The notes beneath the pieces are model-generated. The model did no database searches, was not told the DNA's origin, and worked only from the letters and a program-made list of their open reading frames with translations. From assembly GCA_003427395.1 (NCBI GenBank), contig BFEA01000027.1, forward strand, positions 4,159,439 through 4,213,288: a stretch of DNA of 53,850 bases. The letters run 5' to 3'. Shown one piece after another: positions 1 through 11,260 of the stretch (position 1 is the stretch's first letter; each line of letters begins with the position of its first letter). Both the position numbers and the translations under genes were made by a program. The stretch is from Chara braunii. Taxonomy: Eukaryota; Plantae; Charophyceae.

Positions 1-184
1 TCACCTAATGATGATGGGTATTCTTTGGTTCAGCTTGTTGTGATTGAATGCAACGATGATGATCCATGTCAATTATTTCTTGTCATTATGCGTCTGATCC
101 AGCATAAGTTCTCGAACTAACAATGAGTCTGGGCTCGAATGNCATCNAAAGCGANGACTNGACCCATCNATAAGGNTTNTGTGG

Positions 185-1045
185 AGATAAGGATAGCAGG
201 GAGAGTCTGCCTTAACTCCGATGAGCCGTACGCCTGGTCAGTGATAAGTGCAAGGGTCCTTGGACACCCCGCCTTATTGAGGGTTAGCCAGTGATAAGAG
301 AAGCAGGGAAATTCTGTCTTGTCAGTGACTAGTCTGATATAAGAGTTGTGAGGTTTCAAGGACACTTGCCTTGTCATTAACCAATCCAACATTCTCTTTA
401 GTGGTAAGAGTAGTAAGGATCCTTGGACACCTGNCTTGTTGAGGGCTAGCCACTGATAAGAGTAACAGGGAATCATGTCTTATTAGTGACTAGTCTGATA
501 TAAGAGTTGNGAGGTTTCAATGACACCTGCCTTATCACTGATTAAACCTAACATTTTTTTCAATGGTAAGAGTAAGCAAGGACCCTTGGACACCCGCCTT
601 ATTGAGGGCTAGCCANTGATAAGAGTAGCAGGGGAATCCTGTCTTATCAGCGACTAATCTGATATAAGAGTTGTGAGGTTTCAAGGACATCTGCCTTATC
701 ATTGATAAAACCTAACATTCTTTTCAGTGGTAAGAGTAGTAAGGATCCTTGGACACCCGCCTTATTGAGGGCTAGCCAGTGATAAGAGTAACAGGGGAAT
801 CCTGTCTTATCAATGACTAGTCTGATATAAGAGTTGTGAGGTTTCAAGGACACCTGCCTTATCAATAAACATCCTAGGACTTAGATAGTGATAAGAGTAG
901 CAAGGATCCTTGGGCAGCCGCCTTATTGAGGGCTAATCAGTGATAAGAGTAGCAGGGGAATCATGTCTTATCAGTGACTAGTCCGATATAAGAAGTAGCG
1001 AGGTTTCAAGGACACCTGTCTTATCAGTGGCTAGTCCTAGGATAA
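185..1045. repeat. Tandem array, ~162-bp unit, ~5 copies, rich in short palindromes
   Basis: Near-identical 'ccttggacacccgccttattgagggctagcc' segments recur at ~258, 420, 584, 746, 907; internal hairpin 'cttatcagtgactagtctgatataag'. Confidence 0.9.
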
Positions 1046-2254
1046 GTCTACCGCTAAGTGTGCTTAGGCTCACAAAGGCCAAGACCCACAAGATTTGCCT
1101 TTGTCAAACAAGCTCCGGTAACAGATGGATATATCCTGAATGATCTGCCATACCTCCGCTAACTTTCTCCACAATCTGCATTGTTCAGTCCTAACTAACT
1201 ATCTTTGATTCTACTGAAAGGGGATAAGTGAGACCTTGCCTCAGAGAAAAAAATATTCATTCATCTGATTCATTTCCATGAGATTCTTTCCACAAGTTGG
1301 ATTGATGATGTGATCATGTGTGTTGGGAGAAGGAAAGGGACCTCAGATAGGATAATCCAAAAAGGGATAAGAATGAGATAAAGAAAAGGAGTATGGAGAA
1401 TTGTCGTGACAGTAAAAGGGGAGTGTATTATTATTCACTACCTGAAGCGGAATGCGCAACAGCCCAAACAATTAGTTAAGAATAGTAGGAGTCAGACAGG
1501 GAACACAGAGTCTAAAATGAACTTTCTAGATCTCAGTTAGGAAGAGAGATGTTAAGATTCTCTTGGACTGTGTTGTGTCTACAGGTTTCGACACTTCGGA
1601 CAACTTCCGGAGAATCCGTAAGAGCAACAATTTTGTTATCTCTAGATAACAGGTCGGTAGAACTCCGACTCAACTTCCACCATGGTTGANACCCACACCT
1701 AAGACAAGACCTAAGAAAGAAACAGATAAATCTTTCCCCTGTATCTATGCCTAAATTGTCCAAATCACACTCACGAGTCTTCAAAAATGTGTGGGGCTGG
1801 GGTAAATGGAGTCAGGGTTAGGAAGGAATGTTATTTTCAAGGGTTTAGGGCGTGAGTGGCTTGCTATGAATGGATTAAAGGTTGACGCTTGTAGCGCATT
1901 CTGTGTCTGCATCTGTATGCGTGTATGTGGTTTTCTTGCATTTGCAAAGGTGATGGACATTTGTGCTGTCCTCTGAGTTTGGGATTGTCTGANAAATTCG
2001 AGCAAAGGGACACAATAATCGTGAAAGTGAGGTCCACCGCTCAGTCAGCTCCCCTGATTTACATACATACATATATATACATATGTACTTGTTGATAGGA
2101 TCGTAGGCCAGTCGGTACCTAGAAAGTCATTTTGTTTGGGACTTCTTTTGAGAAGAATGAGAGATCACTAAGGGTTCGACTCTGGCATTTTCATAAGGTC
2201 AACAAAGGGGACATAGAGTCATTGTCNTAGTTAGTTAAGCGTGGAAGACTGTCC

Positions 2255-2670
2255 GAGAAGTCGACCTGATTAGATAGTCGGTCCTAAGAGTTAGCACCTC
2301 GGGGCTCGACATACGGGTCAGTCTTAAGGCGTTCTACCGCGCGTATGCCTATGCTACGACGATCGAGAAAACGCCATCGGCTGGCCTTCCTCTGCGATTG
2401 CATGTAAAAGCCTTCGCACGTGGGTCAGTAGCTCAGCAAGGATACACCCACCTAAGGGATGGTGACAGCTCCCGCAGGTGGAGGTAATGTTGTACCTCAC
2501 AGGATCCCTANCCTGTNGTAGGGAGTCGCGANAGGTATAGCACGCGCGCACGGTCGGAGTGGTGTTTCGTCAAAGTAAACAAAATACTCCTGCGTGACAC
2601 GACCGTGAGGTCCAACACCAAAACTTTACTTTACGTCTGGGTGTAGGACCGCCGTGCGCGACAGCGCGCC
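2255..2670 (+). repeat. Conserved non-coding block X, copy 1
   Basis: Collinear motifs gtcgacc / ctatgctac / cctctgcgattgca / ggtgacag / ccta..tagg / ctcctgcgtgac shared with 7325-7750 (+) and 14028-14482 (-). Confidence 0.8.
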
Positions 2671-3339
2671 CGTTCCTTGACAAAAACGGGCGAATGGAGT
2701 CACTTGTTTTTTGCACTTCGGGGGTAGGCGAGTGCGTTGGCATTGCTGGTTTTGGCATAAACCGTGTAGGGAGGAAGAAAGGGTGAAGAAGAAGTGCATG
2801 AAAACGATGCAGTAAAAGGGCTATGGCGTGAATAGGAACTGAGATCTCACTCAATTCTTTATGGAATCCATTGAACCAAAGTGTGGGATATGGTTTTTCG
2901 GTCATTCCGAATCAAATGGTGAGGTCAATTTCTGCACTAGATTAAAAGAATGAAGGTTAGTAGAAAAAGTGTTGCGCCGAAAGAAGGTGGAGATGGAGGA
3001 AAGCGGAGTATGGCGAAAGGAGAAAAAACATAACTTACTCGTTTCTTGTTAGGATCGAGCACATGAAGATTCGTAGTAGAGGTTTTGACGTCGGACGATT
3101 CCGAATCCAATGTTAGTTTTGATAGTGGGTTAGTAGAGTTAGAGTTAAAAGAGAAAAGCGGTGCGTGGGGAAAGCTACGGAAAAAGGAAGCTGGTTGACA
3201 AGGTGCGGATGCACCTAGCTTCGCCCTAGCGGTAGGTTCACGATGATCTAGCTCGGTCCGATGAACGTCGATGTGGTAGCATATTTTCTTCCCGCTTTTC
3301 TTTGTAGCGAAATGATTCGCTTTGACACTGCTCATCTCT

Positions 3340-3356
3340 GAGAGAGAGAGAGAGAG

Positions 3357-3392
<36 letters not shown>
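3340..3392 (+). repeat. (GA)n microsatellite followed by poly(A)
   Basis: Directly visible. Confidence 0.95.
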
Positions 3393-3398
<6 letters not shown>

Positions 3399-3924
3399 GT
3401 CATCCGCCAGGGTGACTAACTAGGACTTACCTGTAGGCCGACGGGCTGCACATTCCTAGTATTAAGGAGCAGCGTGAGAGGGGGCGACCCGCAGATTTGC
3501 AGTTTTGCTTGTTGGACTGGTGCGTTGCTCATATGATCGGCTCGACGTATTGCTCTAGGATCTCGCACCGTCCATTGTTCTATTCGTCGCGAGATCGAAG
3601 TTCGGCGCTGCATTGCAGACTCCGTAGCAAGGACTGTATGAAACTGGTCAGAAAAGTTGGCCAGGTGCCTTGAGAAGTGGGAGAGAGTGCTCGTCCTGCT
3701 GGCCGGCACAGAGCTCGGCGCGTCGAGTGAGCTGCAGTAGACCAGCAGTGAGAGTGCAAGCTAGCAAGTGGCCAATGCACTTTGGGTCGCAAGTTTTGCG
3801 GGGCAGCCTGGAATGATTGAAAGGGGAGAAGAGTAGGGGATCTTTGCTGAGACTTGGAGAGCCGTCGGACGGTCAACAACGAGGACTTGACTGCAGTAAC
3901 CGGGCTACTGCGTAATTTGGCCGC

Positions 3925-4180
3925 CATTGCGAGGCCCTCTGACGTATCAAGGCAACAAGGCCCTCTCACGCGCGTCTGAGAGCACCCTCCTTGTGTATGA
4001 GAGTTCAAATCTTCCTCTTTCTGCCCCTCTAACTCTAAGTCTAGTCTGTGGTTCTGAGAGGAAGGCGGAAGGTGGGATTGCAACCCGTAGGGCCGCATCT
4101 AGACTCTGTGGGGAGTGTACCCACCGATTGCGGGAGCTCTGCCGGAACTCAAGAGGAGTTTTGGAGGCGGGGAACTGAGT
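3925..4180 (+). repeat. Conserved non-coding block Y, copy 1
   Basis: 'gggattgcaacccgtagggccgcatc...gattgcgggagctctgccggaac' matches the reverse complement of 9710-9960. Confidence 0.85.
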
Positions 4181-4452
4181 GGCAATTTTCTGATTCCCTT
4201 TATAAACCCAGCTATAACCCCCATCTGTACATCTCTCTATGCGATTGACTCGGTATATTCCATGCGCCTTATATTTGATTTTGGGTTTGACTTTCAGGAT
4301 ATAACCCAGACTAAGTAAAGGAACGAGTGCACAACCTCAAGTTTCAGTTTTATTTGTTGTCCGAAAGCAGATTGTGAAAAAGGGTTTGCATTAGGGGGAA
4401 GGTGGGAGGAAGGCAGTTTTGCTTAAGCTTGAAAGGGTCTTAGAAGGGCAGA

Positions 4453-5379
4453 CATTGTTTCTAAGACGAATGACCTGACTGCTATGTTTTGTTCTGTTTT
4501 CTGAAGGACCAAGTATTGTTTCTAAGATGAATGGCTTGGTTGCTATGTTTATTTAATTTAACCAGACATTGTTTCTAAGATGAATGGTCTGGTCGTTGTT
4601 TATTTTGGGTGGTTTCTGAACAGTCTTTGGGTCTTGACCCAGGGTACTCTGTTTTTTTTTCAGTGCTGAGAAAAGAGGGTCGAACATTGTTTCTAAGACG
4701 AATGACTTAACTCTTTTGGTTGTTTTATTCTGAGGGAGGTTCATGCCCAAGACTCGACATTGTTTCTAAGACGAATGGTCTAAGTCTGACGCTACACGAT
4801 TATAATATGAGCAAAGGAATAAAACTTTCTATATTTTTATATCTATATGATTATAAGAACAAGGCTAGCCAGACATTGTTTCTAAGACGAATGGTCTGAC
4901 AATAGCCTTATCACAAATTAAAAGAGTATAACTAAGAGCTATAATTAAAGGTAATTTAGGCCGGCTGAGCATTGTTTATAAGACGAATGACTCAGTCCTA
5001 CGGTCATTTTTGAAGATTAAGGTTAGAGAATTATATATAACTTGGCTATTAAACAGATCAGGGCGACTAAGCATTGTTTCTAAGACGAATGACTTAGCCA
5101 CATGCCAAATGAAGAGAGAAGTAGTTGTGCAACTTGTTCGTGTATAACTAAGGCAAAGAGTTGGCATTGTTTCTAAGACGAATGGCTCAGTCCGACGCTC
5201 ATTTTTGAAGATTAAGTTCAGGGAATTATATATAACTTGGCTATTAAACAGATAAGGGCGACTAAGCATTGTTTCTAAGACGAATGACTTGGCCACATGC
5301 CAAATGAAGAGAGAAGTAGTTGTGCAACTTGTTCTTGTATAACTAAGGCAAAAAGTTGGCATTGTTTCTAAGACGAATG
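4453..5379 (+). repeat. Array of 11 copies of a 20-nt hairpin core (CATTGTTTCTAAGACGAATG) with variable spacers
   Basis: Cores start at 4453, 4514, 4567, 4685, 4758, 4874, 4970, 5072, 5165, 5267, 5360; the last four spacers are a duplicated 195-bp dimer. Confidence 0.95.
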
Positions 5380-7324
5380 ACCTAACTCGATGCCCTATGT
5401 AAATTAGTTATAAAAGGATAAATAATTGAAAGGCTATGAACTATTGGTTGTCAAGATTGACTTTGGTTGGTGAGAATACTTACCTTTATGGTTTGGCCTT
5501 GCATGTGACTGAGTGAGATTACTACTTGGTCTGAGTTTCAGTTTGATAGGTAGTTGTTTTAGTTTCTCACCACGTGCAAGTCATAGGAGTTAGTTTCAGT
5601 TCCAGCAATTTATGAGCTAAGTTTTTTTACTTAGGTCAATTTCTGCATTTTCTGGGATCTTTCGTTATTCTTGGCCTTGTAAAAATTTTGGTAAGCTACT
5701 TTCTCTATGGGGAGGGCTGCCGAAATTTCTACAAAACCAAGAAGTTAGTCATATTTTGTCTTTTTCAGGGTCCAGCCTTTCTGACTTTTTGACTTAGTAA
5801 AAATTTGAAAAACCTCCTTTTCTAAAGGGAGTGCTGCCCAAATTTTTGATAATTCAGGAAGTTAGACAAAATTAGACTTTGAGAAGTCAAAAGTCATTTT
5901 AGATTATGAACTTAGCTTTGTATAAATTCTGGAAAAACACCTTTCCTACGGGACGCGCTGCCGAAATTTTCTCTAAAGTTTGGAGGAGATAGATTATGTT
6001 CGACATGTGGCAATTCTGGCAATCCACCCTGAACAGGGGAAGTGTTGCCATAGGTCTGCCTTGAGTTGGGCACTGACTTAAATGCATGTCTAGGTTTAGC
6101 TTGTAGAAGGGTCTTGGGTGAGAATGTGCTATGGAGTTGTATTCTCCATACACTTATGATTTTGGCTTGAGGATTGGTCTATCTTGTGTTTCAGGTCTTC
6201 TTAATCGATTGATTCAGGATTTGGGCTACATTCAGTTCGATCCTACGAGGATCATCTTCTGTTGTCACTGAGAACAGGTCGGTTGCCGATTCGTCAGTTT
6301 ATGACTCAATTCCAATCCACTTTTGTCACTCAACCTAAAGACTTTAACCTTTGTGATTTGAACTGTTTCGTTGTGTTTTTGTCCGATTGAATGGTAATTT
6401 AAAGAAAAGTACTGAGTATTTTATTTTGAGGAGTTGCACAAGAGTGAGGCTTGTATAGCTAAAAGCAAGGGGTGTGAGTGCAGAGAATGGTTGAAGTTGA
6501 CCCCGTGTAGTGCATGGACTTTTGGTTGACTCTTTGGTGTGATTGCAGGTATGTTTGGGTGATTCAGACTTTGAATTTGACTGCCTGCGATCATATATAT
6601 ATATATGGCTGAAAGGAGTCTCACTGTGATTGTGAGAAGTGATCCTCACATAAGTACAACCCTTTGCATATACGTAAATACATATGTTTTGAGTGTTTCG
6701 TGCAGCCTGCTGTGACCGTGTGTAAGGGTTAAACAAATTATGTTTTCGAGAGAAAAGGGACTTCCCTTTTTAGCATTTATTTTTTAGAATTTTTATGGTT
6801 GGACGTTGTAGTCTGTGGCAGCCGTCAAAGTCAAACCCCTTGATTTCTCTTCAGGCCCTAGATGATGGAGCTGGTTTCCAAGGCAATAAGAAACGATTGT
6901 CACCACAGGTATGAATCTGTGTACCACCCACTCTCCGCAGGGTGCAGAAGGGGGTATGGTTCTCAACCGCACTTGGCAGTTGTCCAACGTCGAGAGATTA
7001 ACCCTCAAGACGTGTATCAGTCAACACTTGAGTGTCGAATCCGACCCTCGAGACTACGAGGGATCGCATGACTATGGGCACTACATAGTACGCTATCATC
7101 ACGACCGCTTGCGTACGCTTGCATTGCTAGTCGATATGAGTAGGCCCTACGTGCGCGCGGTTTTATACTAAGTCTCGCGAGAGTCGCCTATCCGATTTCC
7201 GCGTCAGAAGGTTATGGGATGACTACTGAAGGGACTAGAAGTGTTCTCGTGTTGTTTGATGTGTGTGTGCGTGTTTTATTTTTGTGTTCGTAGTGTGGTG
7301 TATGCGTGGTGAGTGGGAGACGTC

Positions 7325-7750
7325 CTAGTCGACCGACGTCGAGTCACGGTTGGGATTTCAGCCCCCCCAGTGCGTCAGTTCGTGTGCGGGTCCGATAGAG
7401 GCGTGAGACTGCACGTACCCCCTATGCTACAACGAACGAGAAACGCCCTTGGTTGGTCCACCTCTGCGATTGCAGCTGATTAACTTTCGTACTGTGGACT
7501 GGTAGCTCGGCGGGGATACGCCCACCGAAGGGAGGTGACAACTCTCGTAAGGTGGAGGTAAGTCGTGCCTCGCGTAGGCCCTATTTTGTCGTAGGGGCTC
7601 GCCGGAGGTATGGTTGGCGCACTCGGCCGGAACGGCTTGTGGAAGCTTCATGTATATTCGCGACGAGGATTTAGACACACTCCTGCGTGACACGGCCGGG
7701 AGGGTCTAGCGCTGCCTTGTGCGGTGGAGGACCGATGCGCTCGACAACGT
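7325..7750 (+). repeat. Conserved non-coding block X, copy 2
   Basis: 'ctatgctacaacgaacgagaaacgcc...cctctgcgattgca...ggtgacaac...ccctattttgtcgtaggg...ctcctgcgtgacacggccgggaggg...tgcgctcgacaac'. Confidence 0.8.
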
Positions 7751-8589
7751 GGGTATTACGGTGGGTAGGAGTTGAGTCGCAGACCAGCCTGCGATTGCTG
7801 AAATTGATGAAGCTCAATATCTCCGAGACACTCGCAGGTAACGGTGACCTGCGTCACAAAATCAAGGCAGACATCACCTGTCAAGTTAACGGAGTTCAAC
7901 TCCGTATTGCACTCTAAGCTACTTGGCAGTAGCATCTGGTAACGATATGAAAATCACTAAAATTTTGGCAGCACTTCCTTTAGGGAAGTGTGCTCGAAGA
8001 ATATTTACTCGACGAAATCTAAAAAGAAAAATCAAGACTCGGGAACTATCTGAAAATAAACTAACTCGGGAACGATCTGAAAATAAACTAACTCTTTGGT
8101 TTCAGTAAAAATTTTGGCAGCACTTTCTTTAAAAAGGAAGGCGTTCAGAATTGCTACTGACAGACAAGACTAAATAAATTCTAACCCAATTGACATCCCA
8201 TAATTTTGACTACTTTTGAGTCTTATAAATTTCGACAACATCTTTCCTGAGGGAACACCTATCTGCCTATCGCTCAAGCACAAGGCGAACACTAACAAAC
8301 TACCCTACTAAGCAGAAAACAGAAAAAGTTGAACACCAAAACAAGGCATTATGTTATGTCAATAAATCATTCAACCATTTCAAAACAACGGTTCATTCAT
8401 AAAAAAATTTCATCTTCTGCTTGTCCCGATTCACAAATACATGAGTATTGTATCTTATTTAGTTAGATTTTAACTTTCCAAGTTGTTCTCAATTAAAGCC
8501 CATGTAATCATTAACGCACTAGCCAAGACTATTCTCACGAGAAGAAGAGTTAGACCTTTGTCAACAAGCAAACCTGACTGACTTAGCAA

Positions 8590-9490
8590 AGCGATTTGGT
8601 CAATCAAGACGACTTCACTTCCAACTTCATTTCAACTCTTAAGCAAAGGAGCAAAGCGATGGGATCAGTCAAAAGAAACCTCATTTCCAGCCTCATTTCA
8701 ATGTCTTAGTCGAACGAGCAAAGCGACCGATCAGTCAGAAGGGCCTCGTCTCCAGTCTCATTTCAATGTCTTAGGCAAACGAGCAAAGTAAGCGGATCAA
8801 TCAGGAGGGCCTCATCTCCAACCCCATTTCAATGTCTTAAGCAAATGAGCAAATCGACCGGATCAGTCAGGAGAACCTCATCTCCAGCCTCATTTCAATG
8901 TGTTAAGCAAACGAGCAAAGCGACCAGATCAGTCCGGAGAGCCTCTTCTTCAGCCTCATTTCAATGTCTTAGGCAAACGAGCAATGCGACCGGATCAGTC
9001 AGGAGGACCTCATCTTCAACCCCATTTCAATGTTTTACTTAAGCAACGAGCAAATCAACCGGACCAGTCAAGAGGACCTCATCTTCATCCTCATTTCAAT
9101 GTCTTAGGCAAACGAGCAAAGCGACCAGATCAATCAGGAGGACCTCATCTCCAGCCTCATTTCAATGTCTTAAGCAAACGAGCAAAGCAACCGGATCAGT
9201 CAGGAGGACCTCATCTTCAGGCCCACTTCAATGTCTTAGGCAAAACGAGCAAAGCGAGCAGATCATTCCGGAGGACCTCATCTCCAACCTCATTTCAATG
9301 TCTTAGGCAAAGTGAGCAAAACGACCGGATCAGTCAGGAGGACCTCATCTCCAGCCTCAGTTCAATGTCTTAGACAAAACGAGCAAAGCGTCCGGATCAA
9401 TCAAGAGGACCTCATCTTCTGCCCCATTTCAAAGTCTTAGGCAAAACGAGCAAAGCGACCGGATCAGTCAGAAAGACCGTGACCTCATCC
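8590..9490 (-). repeat. Tandem array, ~66-bp unit, ~13 copies
   Basis: 'cctcatttcaatgtcttaggcaaacgagcaaagcgaccggatcagtcaggaggacctcatctccag' repeats; it appears as a 22-aa repeat in ORF 8900..9373. Confidence 0.95.
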
Positions 9491-9709
9491 ACAGACTCTT
9501 TCAGATCATCGCATGCAAAGATCGTGACTTTTTACCACAGACAGATGAATTAAACATGCATAGTAGATCCTTTTTTGATTCAGTTTAAGTCGTGAAAAAA
9601 AAATCAAACATATATATATATATATAAGGAAAAAAACAGACATAATGACGCGGGTTGTGTATAGGTAGGAGTTTATTTAGGATCCGAATGGTATCGTGTC
9701 CGCCTGCCT

Positions 9710-9960
9710 CTGAGTTCACTGCCTCCAGCGTCCCGCCTGGGTTCCGGCAGAGCTCTCGCAATCAGTCGGTCTACCCCCTACAAAGGCCTTGATGCGGCCC
9801 TACGGGTTGCAATCCCGCTTGTTGCATTGCTCTCCAAACACAGAATAGACTTAGATTAAGAAGGATGATAGAAGAAAAGTCAGACACTCGAGATACGAGA
9901 AAGGGCCAACTCAACTCACGCGAGAGGGTCTTGGTGCCTTCAGATCTTGAGGGCCCCACA
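9710..9960 (-). repeat. Conserved non-coding block Y, copy 2 (inverted)
   Basis: 'gttccggcagagctctcgcaatc...gatgcggccctacgggttgcaatccc' is the reverse complement of 4073-4148. Confidence 0.85.
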
Positions 9961-10959
9961 ATGACAGTAAAAAAAAATGAAGAGTAATGGCCTCCTGTCA
10001 AGCCCCCAAGTCGCAACAATACTCATATTGCAGACCCCGATCACACCTCTGAAACCTCAGTACCTCTAACAAAACTACAGCTTCTCAACTTAGAAAAACT
10101 GTGTTTTTAGTAGAGCATAACCCCCTTGCTTAATTCGAATACCGGCTACAGCAGCCCAACATGGTAGAAGAAAGCAAGGCAACACACTAAAGACACACCA
10201 TTGGTCTAACAAAAATTCAATAGCATTAGGCAAAGAACCCCAACTTGCCACAACTCCACCACTCTCCGAGTAACACCGATCTCAAGCCGCACCAGTAGTT
10301 CCAAGTCAACAACAGAAAATAGTGGTAGCAGTTGCTGAAAATGAAGCAAAAGCAGCACTAAAATTGCACAGCAGTAATGTATTGCAACAACTTACAGCAG
10401 CAAAGAGCTTTGCACAAGCTCAGCAGCAACCCTTAGCGCTGACAATAATGATGACTGTTGCAGCCAGCCCAAACTCGCGGTAGTGCCTTGCTACGTCAAC
10501 GAGCAACAACACCTAAATGTGTCCCTGAAGCAGCATTGTAGTGCGCTGCAGCACGTATGTAGCATCACAACATCAACAGTCTGCGGTTTTCAACTGCCGT
10601 AACACCTAAACGCAGCTATTCTCACAGCGCCTTGCGACAGCAAGGCTCACCGGTGGAGCCCAGGAAACTCAAGCAATGCACAATAGTGCACAACAGTTAT
10701 CACATGCGTATGCAGATTCCACGTCTATGTATGGAGTCTTGAATGACTTCCAGAACTCTGCCGGACCGAAATCCTTTGCTTGTGTACGCATGGGCAAAAG
10801 GAATGTCTCACCCCCTCTGGATCCACATGTGCTTACTGCCGCCGGCAACACCAACCGAACTTGATGCAGGTGGAACTCAAGAGACAGAGGACGATCGCCT
10901 TCGGAGCCCACAACCAAGATGTAGTTGAACAGCAACGCAACACGTTTCATCACGATGTG

Positions 10960-11260
10960 CAGCAGGTAAGTCTCCTCCCAATGGCTGACCTCAAGCTACT
11001 TCCTCCCGATCTGACGAGCAGCACACCGCCTCTAGGTAAGTTTTCAATTTCACTGCAGGTCTTACGCTACTTCCCTTGATTGGATGAGCAACGCACCGCC
11101 CCCAGGTAAGTCTCCAATCTCACCGTTGACTTCACGTTACTCCCACCGACCGGATTAGCAATGCACCATCATATATGTCTCCGATCTTGCCGTTGGTCTC
11201 ACGCTACTCCCATGAGCTTGATGAGCATCTCACCGTCTCTAGGTAAGTTTTCAATCCCGT
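10960..11260 (+). repeat. Degenerate ~70-bp tandem repeat
   Basis: 'gagca..caccg..tctaggtaagttttcaat...acgctact' recurs 4-5 times. Confidence 0.7.

Noticed and set aside
2460-2612. Resemblance of block X motifs (GGTGACAGC, AAATACTCCTG, ACCGTGAGG) to bacterial 23S rRNA
   Set aside because: Only short scattered words with wrong spacing, not all shared by the three copies; likely chance.
4453-5379. Bona fide CRISPR array
   Set aside because: Eukaryotic TE context, no cas genes, spacer lengths vary from 33 to 98 nt and two spacers are duplicated; kept as a hairpin array instead.
5476-5486. U1 snRNA 5' end (ATACTTACCT)
   Set aside because: No further U1 similarity; more likely a minus-strand splice donor or chance, like ACTTACCT at ~3425, ~19730 and ~20178.
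8900-9373. 22-aa repeat protein
   Set aside because: By-product of the 66-bp DNA repeat; units of 65 and 67 bp break the frame.
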